The notes: a model not told the origin generated them from the letters alone. A stretch of DNA of 39,763 bases from Gemmatimonadota bacterium (GCA_039589315.1 JBDHHQ010000038.1:1-39763); one strand, 5' to 3'. Shown: positions 1 through 9,536, counted from the first letter of the stretch. Numbers and translations are program-made.

Positions 1-117
1 GTTGGTGGTTATTGCACGGAGGCCACACCCGTTCCCATCTCGAACACGGCCGTTAAGCTCCGTCGCGCGGATGGTACTGCCGGGGTAGCCCGGTGGGAGA
101 GTACGTCGCCGCCAGCC
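1..117 (+). rRNA. rrf: 5S ribosomal RNA (5' end at window edge)
   Basis: Typical 5S motifs CACCCGTTCCCATCTCGAACACGG, GTTAAGCTCC, GATGGTACTG and GTGGGAGAGTA; terminal helix GTTGGTGG/CCGCCAGC. Confidence 0.97.
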
Positions 118-125
118 ATTTACAT

Positions 126-174
126 GGAACCGCCCCCCGACGCTCCGGCGCCGGCGGGCGGTTCCCTTTTTTTT
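126..174 (+). terminator. Rho-independent terminator after 5S rRNA
   Basis: GGAACCGCCC (126-135) / GGGCGGTTCC (156-165) stem followed by T8 (167-174). Confidence 0.85.
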
Positions 175-206
175 CTCTGCCCGCGCAGCGAACTCCCCGC
201 CCCGCC

Positions 207-875
207 TCAGCCGTCCAGCGGCGCCTCGATCGAGGCAGACGCGATGTCCTCGCCCGGCCGCCGGAAACGGATGTCCAGCGCTTGGCCCTTACGCCGGCTG
301 CGCTTGCGCTTGGCGGGGGTCCCGTCACCGAGCTCCCGGGCCACGAAGTCGACGAACTCGGCCCGCCGCTTCTCCAGGCGCTCGAGCTGGGCAGCGCGCG
401 TCGCGATCTCCCGGTCGGCCTGCTGGACCCGACGTACCGCCTCGGCTCTGGCTTCGCCTCGGATCCGGTCGGCCTCCGCTCGGGCTTCCGTCTCCGCCGT
501 TCGGCGGAGCTCGTCCCGCTCACCCTCGGCTTGGCGCTTGAGGTCACCCGCCTCCTCTACGATTCGGGCACCCTCGTCCCGAGCCTGAGCTCGAAGCTCT
601 TCGGCCTCGGCCTCCGCAGCCTCCAGCGTCTCCCGCCGTGCGGTCCGCGCCGTGATCAAGGCCTCCTGGGTCGCCTGCGCACGCTCCTCATAGACCGAGA
701 GGCGGGCCTCCAGATCCTCTACGCGTGCGGTGAGCTGCCGATTCTCCCTGGTGAGCCCCTCGATCCGTTCGACAGCGGCCGCGATCGCCTCGTCCACAGG
801 GCTGGGGCTGTAGCCTCGTAGGGTCTTCGGGAACCTGCTGGGGGCCCACACGTCGGGAGTCGGCGGGGTTGCCAT
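207..875 (-). CDS. DivIVA domain-containing coiled-coil protein
   Basis: N-terminal FPKTLRGYSPSPVDEAI matches the DivIVA F-x-x-x-x-RGY-x-x-x-x-VD motif, followed by an Ala/Glu/Arg-rich coiled coil. ATG at 875 chosen over the TTG at 959. Confidence 0.8.
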   Translation of the reverse strand: MATPPTPDVWAPSRFPKTLRGYSPSPVDEAIAAAVERIEGLTRENRQLTARVEDLEARLSVYEERAQATQEALITARTARRETLEAAEAEAEELRAQARDEGARIVEEAGDLKRQAEGERDELRRTAETEARAEADRIRGEARAEAVRRVQQADREIATRAAQLERLEKRRAEFVDFVARELGDGTPAKRKRSRRKGQALDIRFRRPGEDIASASIEAPLDG

Positions 876-1255
876 GTCGGAGTCCGTTTCCGGCGTGCCC
901 GGCGCGCGTCGGGGACGCGTCGCGAACCGCCAGGCCGAAGGGGAATCTGTCTTCGCCAATCTGGGGACGACCCGCCCTTCGCACCAGCCTCTCGCCGGTC
1001 AGCCGACTGACACCCCAGAGCAGGCGATTGGACGGGCTCGCTCGAGCCGAAACCGGACAGTCTGTCACGATCTCAGCGGCGGACGCGTTTTGCCTGGAAG
1101 GGGCGCGTGAGTTTCCCTCGGACAGAGCCATGAGGTCTGTTGACCATCCCGTTGTCCCGCTGCTGCGAACCGGCCCCCAAGTTGCGTACAGCCAACTCGA
1201 CCGGTGATCTTTTCCGTATGCGGTTCGGCATGCACAGGCTCCCGAGCGCCGGACG

Positions 1256-2089
1256 ATGACCCGTTCCGGGTACGTGGCCCTGGTGGGCCGCCCCAACGCG
1301 GGCAAGTCCACGCTCATGAACGCCCTCGTGGGCGACAAGCTCATGGACACCCCGGGCCTGCTGGAGGTCAAGGACCTCCTCCAACGCTCGATGCTGGGAG
1401 CCGCTCTGGAGGCGTTGGCCGAGGCCGACGTGGTGCTCGTGGTCCTGGATGCGGAGCGGGGATTGTCGGACCGCGCGCAGCGCACGGTCCAGCAGGCCCT
1501 GGAGTCGGCGCCCCACGTGCCGGTGCTCGCCGCCGTCAACAAGATCGACGTGGTGCCGGCCGCGGACACCGAGGCCCTCGAGCACTGGGCCCGGGAGGTC
1601 CTCGGAGCCGACCCCTACCGGATCTCTGCCCTGACCGGTGTGGGGGTCGTCCAACTGGGTCAGGCTCTCGACGGCGCCCTGCCCGAAGGACCATTCCTCT
1701 ACCCGGCGGACGAGATCGCCTCCCAACCCGTTCGGTTCTTCGTGGCCGAGCTCGTGCGTGAGACGGTCTTCGAGCAGTTCCGCGAGGAGATCCCGTACTC
1801 GGTCTTCGTGCAGGTCGACGAGTTCCGCGAGCACCAGGACCCCGTATACATTGGAGCCACCGTCCATGTAGAGAGGAGCTCGCAAAAGCGGATCCTCATC
1901 GGCGACAAAGGACACGCCGTGAAGGAGCTCGGCCGCGCGGCCCGGCAGAAGATCGAGGCGCTTCTCGATCATCCCGTGTACCTGGACCTCTGGGTCAAGC
2001 ACCTGCCGAACTGGCGGCGCAAGCGGACCCACCTGAAGAAGCTGGGTTTCAAGATCCCGGATGATCATGAGCTCGTCACTCGCTCATAG
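1256..2089 (+). CDS. era: GTPase Era, with in-frame loss of the switch I/G2 segment
   Basis: G1 GRPNAGKS, G3 DTPG, G4 NKID, EEIPYS, KH domain ILIGDKG and LWVK are present. The usual SI..K.QTTR....IF segment between G1 and G3 is missing. Confidence 0.9.
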   Translation: MTRSGYVALVGRPNAGKSTLMNALVGDKLMDTPGLLEVKDLLQRSMLGAALEALAEADVVLVVLDAERGLSDRAQRTVQQALESAPHVPVLAAVNKIDVVPAADTEALEHWAREVLGADPYRISALTGVGVVQLGQALDGALPEGPFLYPADEIASQPVRFFVAELVRETVFEQFREEIPYSVFVQVDEFREHQDPVYIGATVHVERSSQKRILIGDKGHAVKELGRAARQKIEALLDHPVYLDLWVKHLPNWRRKRTHLKKLGFKIPDDHELVTRS

Positions 2090-3098
2090 GAGCGTCCTGC
2101 TGGCCGCGGCCCTCGCCGGGGTCTTCCCGGCCGTGCCGTCGGCCGGCCAGGACTTCCAGGACGCTCCGGCGTTCACCCGGGCACGGTCCGAGCCCGTGGC
2201 CGCGGAGGGTGCGCTTTTCCTGCTCCTCCCCGTGGGCGCCCAGGGCGTGGCGATGGGGCGGGCCATGACGGCAATGCCCACGCAGGAGGCCTCCTTCTGG
2301 AACCCGGCGGGCCTCGCCGGCCTCGAGCAGGGCCGATTCATGGTCTACCGGGGCGAGCACCTGGCGGGGACCGCGACCGCCTTCTCGCTCCTGTTCACAC
2401 CGAACCCCGTGGGTACGCTGGGGATCTCGTACCAGCTCCTGGACATCGGCGAGCAGGACCTCACCGACGACACCGGCAACGTGCTGGGCAGGATCGGCGT
2501 CCGGAACCACCTGGCCGTCGCCTCCTTTGCCACCCGGCTCATCCCACAGCTGGACGTGGGCCTGAACTTCAAGATGGTCCAGTTCAGGGTCAGCTGTTCC
2601 GGCCAGTGCGCAGACGGCGGCGTCACGGCGACGACGTTCGCACTCGACGTGGGTATCCAGTCCCGGCCCACGGAGGCCATTCCGCTGCGTCTCGGTGTCA
2701 TGCTCGCACACATGGGACCGAGCCTCCAGGTGATCAATGCGGCCCAGTCCGACCCGCTCCCGACCCGAGTGCGGGTGTCCGGAGCCTACGAGATGCTGGG
2801 CCACTTCATCGACCAGTCGGACCTGGACCTCTGGCTCACCCTGGAGCTGGAGGACCGCATGCGGGAACTGGGCTCGCCGTCGCTCTACATCGGCAGCGAG
2901 TTCAGCGCAGGCCGCGCAGGATCCATCTTCGTGCGCGCGGGGTACGTTGCCGGTGATGTGGAGCAGGTGAACGGGGCGGCGGTGGGAGCCGGGCTCCGGT
3001 ATCAGAGCTTCGACGTGGCGATCGCCAAGTCTCTGGCGGACTCCGGCCTGGAGGGCGACACAGAGCCCGTCCACATCACGTTCGCCGTCCTGTTCTGA
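2061..3098 (+). CDS. PorV/PorQ-family outer-membrane beta-barrel protein
   Basis: Signal peptide; FLLLPVGAQGVAMG and ASFWNPAGLA plug motifs typical of PorV/FadL-like barrels; alternating beta-strand pattern; C-terminal Phe. Start could be 2067. Confidence 0.7.
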   Translation: MIMSSSLAHRSVLLAAALAGVFPAVPSAGQDFQDAPAFTRARSEPVAAEGALFLLLPVGAQGVAMGRAMTAMPTQEASFWNPAGLAGLEQGRFMVYRGEHLAGTATAFSLLFTPNPVGTLGISYQLLDIGEQDLTDDTGNVLGRIGVRNHLAVASFATRLIPQLDVGLNFKMVQFRVSCSGQCADGGVTATTFALDVGIQSRPTEAIPLRLGVMLAHMGPSLQVINAAQSDPLPTRVRVSGAYEMLGHFIDQSDLDLWLTLELEDRMRELGSPSLYIGSEFSAGRAGSIFVRAGYVAGDVEQVNGAAVGAGLRYQSFDVAIAKSLADSGLEGDTEPVHITFAVLF

Positions 3099-3142
3099 AC
3101 GCCGTCGACGCGGCATCCCGGCCACCAACCCAGGGCAGCGCC

Positions 3143-4075
3143 TTGGTCCGTACGCTCGCAATCCCGCTCGCCATCCTCCTGTCCGCGCAACCGGTCGTCG
3201 GGCAGATGTCGGCGTGCATGCCGGTGCAGGTGATGAGTGGCGGAGCCGATCCACTCCGGGCCGCCCTGAACGAGGGCTCGGGCGGCCCCACCGCGCACTA
3301 CGCTGTGGTCGACGGCAACCTCTGCGGCCGACTCCCCGCGGAGGCCCTCCAGGAAGACGCGGTCACTCCACCGTCGCCGGGACGTGCGTTCCTGTTCTCG
3401 GCCCTGCTCCCCGGCATGGGACAGCGGTACCTGGACCAGGGCCGCTGGATCGCCTACCTGGGCATCGAGTTCTGGGCGTGGATCCAGTTCTTCGACGAGC
3501 GTGGCGAGGGGACCTCGCTCCGCACGGACTACCAGGACCTGGCCTGGTCGGTGGCGCGCCGGGTCAGCAGCGGCGTCCGGATCGAAGGGGACTTCGAGTA
3601 CTACGAGGCCCTCACCAACTTCCCGGAGTCCGGCGCGTACGACGCCGATCCCGGCCTACCGGGACTCCAGCCCGAAAGCGACGGAGCCACCTTCAACGGC
3701 TCGGTGTGGCAGCTGGCCCGGGACATCTTCTTCCCGCCGGACTCGGCGGCCCAGGTGCCGGTCGACTCGCCGGCGTACCAGAACGCCCTGCAGTACTACC
3801 GGGAGCGAAGCATCACGCCCCAGTTCGCGTGGAGCTGGTCGGAGAACGAGCTCCAGCAGGCGGTGTACGAGGATCTGATCGAGCAGTCCGACGAAAACCT
3901 CCGCAACTCCACGACCCTGCTGGGCGTGATCCTCGCCAACCACGTCGTGAGCGCCGTGGACGCGCTCGTCTCCGCTCGTCTCCGCCTCCCCGACCCCGAC
4001 GCCTTTTCCATGCGCGTGGTGCCGTTGCTGGATCGTCGCCGCGGCTGGGCACTCATCGTCCGACTCACTCCCTGA
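3143..4075 (+). CDS. Hypothetical exported/membrane protein
   Basis: Signal-like N-terminus, AFLFSALLPGMGQRY membrane motif, C-terminal NHVVSAVDA hydrophobic segment; coding-like codon usage; TTG start. Confidence 0.7.
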   Translation: MVRTLAIPLAILLSAQPVVGQMSACMPVQVMSGGADPLRAALNEGSGGPTAHYAVVDGNLCGRLPAEALQEDAVTPPSPGRAFLFSALLPGMGQRYLDQGRWIAYLGIEFWAWIQFFDERGEGTSLRTDYQDLAWSVARRVSSGVRIEGDFEYYEALTNFPESGAYDADPGLPGLQPESDGATFNGSVWQLARDIFFPPDSAAQVPVDSPAYQNALQYYRERSITPQFAWSWSENELQQAVYEDLIEQSDENLRNSTTLLGVILANHVVSAVDALVSARLRLPDPDAFSMRVVPLLDRRRGWALIVRLTP

Positions 4076-4083
4076 CCAGCTCC

Positions 4084-6204
4084 ATGACCCGAAAGATCCC
4101 CGGCGACGCCGAAATCCTGGAAGCCCTTCGGCGCTCGCGTCGGGGACCGCTGAAGCCCAAGGAGCTGGCCCGGATGGTGGACGTGGGCACGAACCGCTAC
4201 AAGGCGTTCCGCAACCGTCTCTCGGCGCTGGAGCGCGAGGGCAGCATCTACCGGGTCAAGGGCAACCGCTACGCCGTCCCCGACAAGATCAATCTCCGCG
4301 TGGGTCGTCTGAGCGTCGTCCGGTCCGGCGACGGGTTCGTGGCCGAGGAAGACGGCCCGGGCAGCGTCTTCGTCCCGTCCCGGAGCCTCGAGTCGGCCAT
4401 GGACGGGGACAAGGTGGTCGTCCGCATCGAAGGGCGGCCCAGCGGCAAGAGCCCGGTCGGCCGGGTCATCAAGGTCCTGGAGCGAGCCCACGAGACCCTT
4501 GTGGGCACGTTCCACCACTCCCGGAAGTTCGGCTTCGTGCGCCCCCAGGCCCCCACCACCCTGACCGAGGTGCTGATCCCCGAGGGCGATGAACGCGGCG
4601 CGCGCGAGGGCGAGGTCGTTGTGGTCCGGATCACGGCCTACGGGAATCGCCGGCTGGGTCCGGTGGGCACCGTCGAGACCGTCCTCGGCGCCGCCGACGA
4701 TCCCGGTGTGGACGTGTTGGCGGTGATACACGGACACGGGCTGCCGTCCGCGTTTCCCGACCATGTGGAGGCGGCCGCCCAAGAGGCGGCTCGGCGGGCC
4801 GAGGACCGCGGGCCCGAGTACCGCGTCGATCGCACCGACCTGCACGTCTTCACCATCGATCCGACCGACGCCCGCGACCACGACGACGCGCTGTCGGTCG
4901 AATCCGTGGGGGACGGGGTGTGGGAAGTGGGCATCCACGTCGCGGACGTGTCCTGGTTCGTCGAGCAGGGCTCGCCCCTGGACCTCGAGGCGCTCGGCAG
5001 GGGCACCAGCGTGTACCTCGTGGACCGCGTCATCCCCATGTTGCCCCACGCGCTCTCTTCTGACACCTGCTCGCTGCTCCCGGATCAAGACCGTCTGGCG
5101 GTCTCCCTCTTCGCCACGTTGGACGAGCGGGGCCGCGTCTGGGACAAGCGCTTCGAGCGCACGGTCATCCGGTCGCGGCTGCGGCTGACGTACGAACAGG
5201 TCGAGCAGGTCCTCACCGACGGCGCGTCCATCGACGAGCCGACCGACCGATCTCTGGAGATCCTGGACGGACTGGCGCAGACCCTGAGGGAAGCACGCCG
5301 CAACCGGGGCTCCCTGGACTTCGACCTGCCGGAGTCACGGGTGGTCCTGGACGACGAAGGACAGCCCGTGGACATCCAGCAGGTCCTTCGCCTGCGAAGC
5401 CACCTCCTCATCGAGGACTACATGCTCCTGGCCAACGAGATCGTGGCCAGGGAGGGCGTCTCCAAGCGCCTGCCCCTGCTGTACCGGGTGCACGAGTCGC
5501 CGGCGCCCGATCGCCTGGACGACGTTCGGGACCTGCTGGCCAGCCTCGGCCACACCTTGCCCAAGGGACGCGTGGGCCCGAAAGCGCTGCAGAAGATCCT
5601 GGAGCGGGTGCGCGGCAAGCCCGAGGAGTCGCTGGTCTCCACCGTGATCCTCCGGTCCATGGCCCGCGCCCACTACGCCGACAGGAACGGCGGTCACTTC
5701 GGGCTCGCGCTGAAGGCCTACGCTCACTTCACGTCGCCGATCCGTCGATACCCTGACTTACAGGCACACCGCGTTGTGGTCCGGGCCCTGGTCGAAGGAA
5801 AGCCCATCCCGGAAAGCTGGGCAGGAGAGGCGCTGCGGAGCGTGGCGGAGCAGTCGAGCCAGCGCGAACGCGTCGCGGATGGTGCCCAACGGGACAGCAT
5901 TGCTCTGAAGAAGATCGAGTTCATGGAGCGGCACCTGGGCGACGACTTCGCCGGGACGATTTCCGGCGTGACGTCCTTCGGGTTCTTCGTCCTCCTGGAT
6001 GACTTCTTCGTGGAGGGCCTCGTACACGTGAACGCCATGCGCGATGACTATTACGTCTTCCAGCCGAACGCCTACGCTCTCGTGGGAGAGCGCTCGCGCC
6101 GAACCTTCCGCCTGGGCGATCCGGTCCGGGTTCGGGTGGTCCGCGCCGACAAGGAGGAGCGGCATGTGGACTTCCAGTTGCTCGCCGCCGAGTCGGCGGT
6201 TTGA
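4084..6204 (+). CDS. rnr: Ribonuclease R
   Basis: N-terminal HTH and cold-shock domains, catalytic TIDPTDARDHDDA, HFTSPIRRYPDL, C-terminal S1 domain. True ATG at 4084 lies within the 3214 ORF. Confidence 0.95.
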   Translation: MTRKIPGDAEILEALRRSRRGPLKPKELARMVDVGTNRYKAFRNRLSALEREGSIYRVKGNRYAVPDKINLRVGRLSVVRSGDGFVAEEDGPGSVFVPSRSLESAMDGDKVVVRIEGRPSGKSPVGRVIKVLERAHETLVGTFHHSRKFGFVRPQAPTTLTEVLIPEGDERGAREGEVVVVRITAYGNRRLGPVGTVETVLGAADDPGVDVLAVIHGHGLPSAFPDHVEAAAQEAARRAEDRGPEYRVDRTDLHVFTIDPTDARDHDDALSVESVGDGVWEVGIHVADVSWFVEQGSPLDLEALGRGTSVYLVDRVIPMLPHALSSDTCSLLPDQDRLAVSLFATLDERGRVWDKRFERTVIRSRLRLTYEQVEQVLTDGASIDEPTDRSLEILDGLAQTLREARRNRGSLDFDLPESRVVLDDEGQPVDIQQVLRLRSHLLIEDYMLLANEIVAREGVSKRLPLLYRVHESPAPDRLDDVRDLLASLGHTLPKGRVGPKALQKILERVRGKPEESLVSTVILRSMARAHYADRNGGHFGLALKAYAHFTSPIRRYPDLQAHRVVVRALVEGKPIPESWAGEALRSVAEQSSQRERVADGAQRDSIALKKIEFMERHLGDDFAGTISGVTSFGFFVLLDDFFVEGLVHVNAMRDDYYVFQPNAYALVGERSRRTFRLGDPVRVRVVRADKEERHVDFQLLAAESAV

Positions 6205-6230
6205 CACTCCCGGGCCATGACGCGTAACGT
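6201..6230 (+). promoter_or_regulatory. Putative sigma70 promoter for the GGDEF/zinc-ribbon genes
   Basis: TTGACA (6201-6206, overlapping the rnr stop), 18-nt spacer, TAACGT (6225-6230). Confidence 0.5.
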
Positions 6231-6266
6231 CCCGGCACACCGACCTATCCTCTGATCTTGCCTGGC

Positions 6267-7280
6267 ATGGCCTCGGAGAACACCGTCGCCTACTTCGGAG
6301 CGGGCCAGCCCGAAGCTCCGGACCTGGTCGCTCGGTTCAGCGCCGAGAATGGGCTCCGCATCCAGCCCATCGAGTCGGTGGACGACGTCCTTTCCCTGAT
6401 GAACCGGTCGTTTCCGGCGTGCGTGGTCGCGGACGCGACCAAGGGCCTCGAGGAAGCGCTGGACCTGTGCCGTCACGTCAAGAGCGACCCGTTCACCGCT
6501 ATCGTGCCCGTGGTGGTGCTCGTGGACGGGGACGGGCGTCACTTCTCCGCGGAAGCCCTGGAGGCCGGCGCTGACGAGGTCGTGGCGGCTGCCGTGTCCG
6601 AAGCCGAGCAGTGGCACCGCTTCGGGCTGGTCCTCCGGCGGGCCGCCCGCGACGTGAGCGTCCACCCCTCGACCCGGCTCCCCGGCACCGTGCAGATCGA
6701 ACGGGACATCACCACGAGGCTGGAAGCCCAGCAGGCCTTCGCCACGTGCTACGCCGACCTGGACCACTTCAAGGAGTTCAACGACCGCTACGGCTACAAC
6801 CACGGTGACGGCGTCATCATGGTGCTCGCACGCATCCTCAGGGACATCGTGCGGGCTCTGGCTCCCGGGGGCTTCGTGGGTCACATCGGCGGCGATGACT
6901 TCATCTTCGACGTCCCGCTGGAGCACATGGAGGTGTGCTGCGACGAGATCCTTCGCCTCTTCGACGAGCTGATCCCGTACCAGTACACAGCCGAGGATCG
7001 ACGCGCCGGCTACTTCCTGGGCAAGGACCGCAGGGGGAGCGTTCACCGGATTCCCCTGATGACCCTTTCCATCGGCGTCGTGACCAACAGGAACATGGAT
7101 TTCAGCCACACGGCCCAGGTCAGTGCCCGGGCCGCCGAGATGAAGAACTATGCCAAGACCCTGCCAGGCTCCGTGTACGTGGTGGACCGCCGCCAGACGA
7201 CCATCGGCAAGCCGGGAGTGGGGACGGGCATGCGCGCCAGCGACGCGCTGCCCCTCGTGAATCAGGGAGCGGAGTCTTGA
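6267..7280 (+). CDS. Receiver-like domain plus GGDEF diguanylate cyclase
   Basis: REC-like N-terminus (CVVAD...IVPVVVL...ALEAGADEV); DLDHFKEFNDRYGYNHGD and HIGGDDF; no RxxD I-site before GGDDF. Confidence 0.88.
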   Translation: MASENTVAYFGAGQPEAPDLVARFSAENGLRIQPIESVDDVLSLMNRSFPACVVADATKGLEEALDLCRHVKSDPFTAIVPVVVLVDGDGRHFSAEALEAGADEVVAAAVSEAEQWHRFGLVLRRAARDVSVHPSTRLPGTVQIERDITTRLEAQQAFATCYADLDHFKEFNDRYGYNHGDGVIMVLARILRDIVRALAPGGFVGHIGGDDFIFDVPLEHMEVCCDEILRLFDELIPYQYTAEDRRAGYFLGKDRRGSVHRIPLMTLSIGVVTNRNMDFSHTAQVSARAAEMKNYAKTLPGSVYVVDRRQTTIGKPGVGTGMRASDALPLVNQGAES

Positions 7281-7287
7281 GGAGACC

Positions 7288-8271
7288 ATGACCCAGACAG
7301 CCAACACATTCCACGTCGATTGCCCGTCCTGCTACACCAGCTTCCCCGTCGATCCGGCGAAGGTGCCGGACCGCGGCGTGCTCGCACGTTGTTCTTCCTG
7401 CGAAGGGGTCTTCCGCGTGCAGAAGCCGGAGGACGATTTCGGTGCGCACCTGACGCCGGAAGCCCCGATACACGAGGAGAGCGCGGGCGTGGCGGCCCCT
7501 CCGGACGAAGCTCCCTCGGCCACGGGCCACGACGCGTCCGACGCCTGGGGGGCAGAGTCGGCCGCGGACAACGGCGCCGGCCATCTCGTTGAGGAGCCGG
7601 TGGCGGTCGAGGATGCGCAGGACGATTGGGCCGAGGAGCCGGTGGCGGTCGAGGACGCCCTGGACGACTGGACCGAGGAGCCGGTGGCGGTCGAGGATGC
7701 GCAGGACGATTGGACCGAGGAGCCGGTGGCGGTCGAGGACGCGCAGGACGATTGGACCGAGGACCCGGTGACCCTCCAGGACACGGCTGACGCCGTCATC
7801 GACGAGCCCACCGGCTTCGACGATGCCCTCGGTGCAGGCCTCGAAGAGCCGCTGACGTTCGACGGCTCGGGGGACTTGGGCATGGAGGCGCCCGCCGCGT
7901 TCGGCGACAGCGCGGACGCGGCCGTCGAGGAGCCCACGACGGTGGGCGAGCCTGGCGTCGACGAGCCATTCGCGGCGAGTGACGCCACGGCCCCGGTGGC
8001 CGAGGCGGCGCCGATGGTCTTCGGCAAACGCGACCCGCGGGAGAAGGCTCAACGGCTCGCCCGGGTCCTGGTGTCGGACATGATCACGTACAACAAGGAC
8101 CGGCACACGCAAGCCCTCGCCCAAGGCACCCTCGTCGAGGACTTCGAGGACGAGATCAAGAAGTCCTGGGCCGAATACGTGGACCAGGTGGGCGAAGACG
8201 TCGCGGAAGGCACCCCCTTCTTCACCGACGCGCTCAACGAGATCCTCGCCCAGGGAGAGCCGGTGTTCTGA
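7288..8271 (+). CDS. Zinc-ribbon (MJ0042-like) protein with acidic repeat linker and helical C-terminal domain
   Basis: CPSC...CSSC finger (VDCPSCYTSF...ARCSSCEGVF); long acidic linker; C-terminal RLARVLVSDMITY...FFTDALNEIL. Confidence 0.8.
   Translation: MTQTANTFHVDCPSCYTSFPVDPAKVPDRGVLARCSSCEGVFRVQKPEDDFGAHLTPEAPIHEESAGVAAPPDEAPSATGHDASDAWGAESAADNGAGHLVEEPVAVEDAQDDWAEEPVAVEDALDDWTEEPVAVEDAQDDWTEEPVAVEDAQDDWTEDPVTLQDTADAVIDEPTGFDDALGAGLEEPLTFDGSGDLGMEAPAAFGDSADAAVEEPTTVGEPGVDEPFAASDATAPVAEAAPMVFGKRDPREKAQRLARVLVSDMITYNKDRHTQALAQGTLVEDFEDEIKKSWAEYVDQVGEDVAEGTPFFTDALNEILAQGEPVF
7591..7770 (+). repeat. In-frame 42-bp tandem repeat (about 4.3 copies; EEPVAVEDAQDDWT)
   Basis: Units start at 7591, 7633, 7675 and 7717, with a partial unit at 7759; near-identical, no spacers. 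Confidence 0.95.
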
Positions 8272-8275
8272 GGCG

Positions 8276-8304
8276 TTGATGCCACCGGGGCCCGCCGGTA
8301 TATT
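8276..8304 (+). promoter_or_regulatory. Putative sigma70 promoter upstream of prfB
   Basis: TTGATG (8276-8281), 17-nt spacer, TATATT (8299-8304). Confidence 0.6.
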
Positions 8305-8403
8305 TCGGGCCGGCGCCTCCGGGCCGGAGGCGAGTAGGAGAGGGGCCGTCGTGCGCGGCCCCTTTCGTGCATCATCCAACAGAGCGTCAGAGGAACAGTC
8401 GGC

Positions 8404-9514
8404 ATGAACAGCGAGCAGCTCGAGCAGCTGGAAGCACTCCAGACCCGGATCTCCGAGCTACGGGGGTACCTTTGACGTAGAGGCGCGGGCCGCCAAGATC
8501 GCCGAGCTGGAAGCGGCCATGGCCGAGCCCGGGTTCTGGGACGACCAGGAGCGGGCCCGGGGCGTCATCGACGAAGCCAATCAGTTGAAGAACTGGGTGC
8601 TGCCCTGGCAGGAAGCGTCCACGAAGTGCGACGAGCTCACCGAGCTCGCCGGCCTGCTCACCGAGGAGCCGGACGACGAGATGGAGGCCGAGTGGGCTCA
8701 GGAGGTCGACGCCCTCGGCGTGGAGGTCGAGGGCCTCGAGCTCCGCACCATGCTCCAGGGCGACGACGACCACCGCGATGCCATCCTCACCATCCATCCG
8801 GGCGCCGGGGGCACCGAGTCACAGGACTGGGCCGAAATGCTCCTCCGCATGTACACCCGCTGGGGTGAGAAGCACGGCTTCCAGGTGACCGCCCTCGACC
8901 TGCAGCCGGGCGAAGAGGCCGGCATCAAGAGCGCCTCGCTCGAGATCCTGGGCGATCACGCGTACGGCTACCTCAGGGCCGAGAAGGGGGTGCACAGGCT
9001 GGTGCGGATCTCGCCCTACGATTCCCAGTCGCGTCGGCACACGTCCTTCGCCAGTGTCTTCGTCTACCCAGAGGTGGAGGACGACATCGAGGTCGAGATC
9101 GATGCCTCGGATCTGCGCGTCGACACATACCGCGCCTCGGGAGCCGGGGGCCAGCACATCAACAAGACGGACTCGGCCATCCGCATCACCCACGAGCCCA
9201 CGGGCATCGTCGTGTCCTGTCAGCAGGAGCGGTCCCAACACAAGAACAGGGCCACCGCCATGAAGATGCTCAGGGCGGCGTTGTACCAGAAAGCGCTCGA
9301 TGAGAAGGCGGCCGAGAAGGCGGCGATCGAGGACACGAAGCAGAAGATCGAGTGGGGCAGCCAGATCCGGTCGTACGTCTTCCAGCCGTACACCATGGTC
9401 AACGACCATCGGACCGACCTGAAGGTTTCGGACGTCCACAAGGTCATGGACGGCGACCTCGACCCCTTCATCCAGGCGTTCCTGAAGGAATTCGGAGCCG
9501 CCACCGCCGCCTAG
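8404..9514 (+). CDS. prfB: Peptide chain release factor 2, with programmed +1 frameshift
   Basis: ATG 8404 opens 23 codons ending CTT TGA C. The +1 frame continues into the 8519 ORF with GGTESQDW, VRISPYD (SPF-like) and GAGGQH. Confidence 0.96.
8462..8476 (+). promoter_or_regulatory. prfB +1 frameshift cassette
   Basis: GGGGG-TAC-CTT-TGA-C: internal SD-like run, slippery CTT T and UGA stop. Confidence 0.93.
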
Positions 9515-9536
9515 CGGACATCGGACCGCGAGAGCC

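Noticed and set aside
911..950. SRP (4.5S) RNA from GCGAACCGCCAGGCCGAAGGG
   Set aside because: Lacks the GGAA tetraloop/AGCAGC (or GCAAC) symmetric loop and a long closing helix.
7591..7770. CRISPR array
   Set aside because: The 42-bp units abut with no unique spacers, stay in frame within a CDS, and no cas genes are present.
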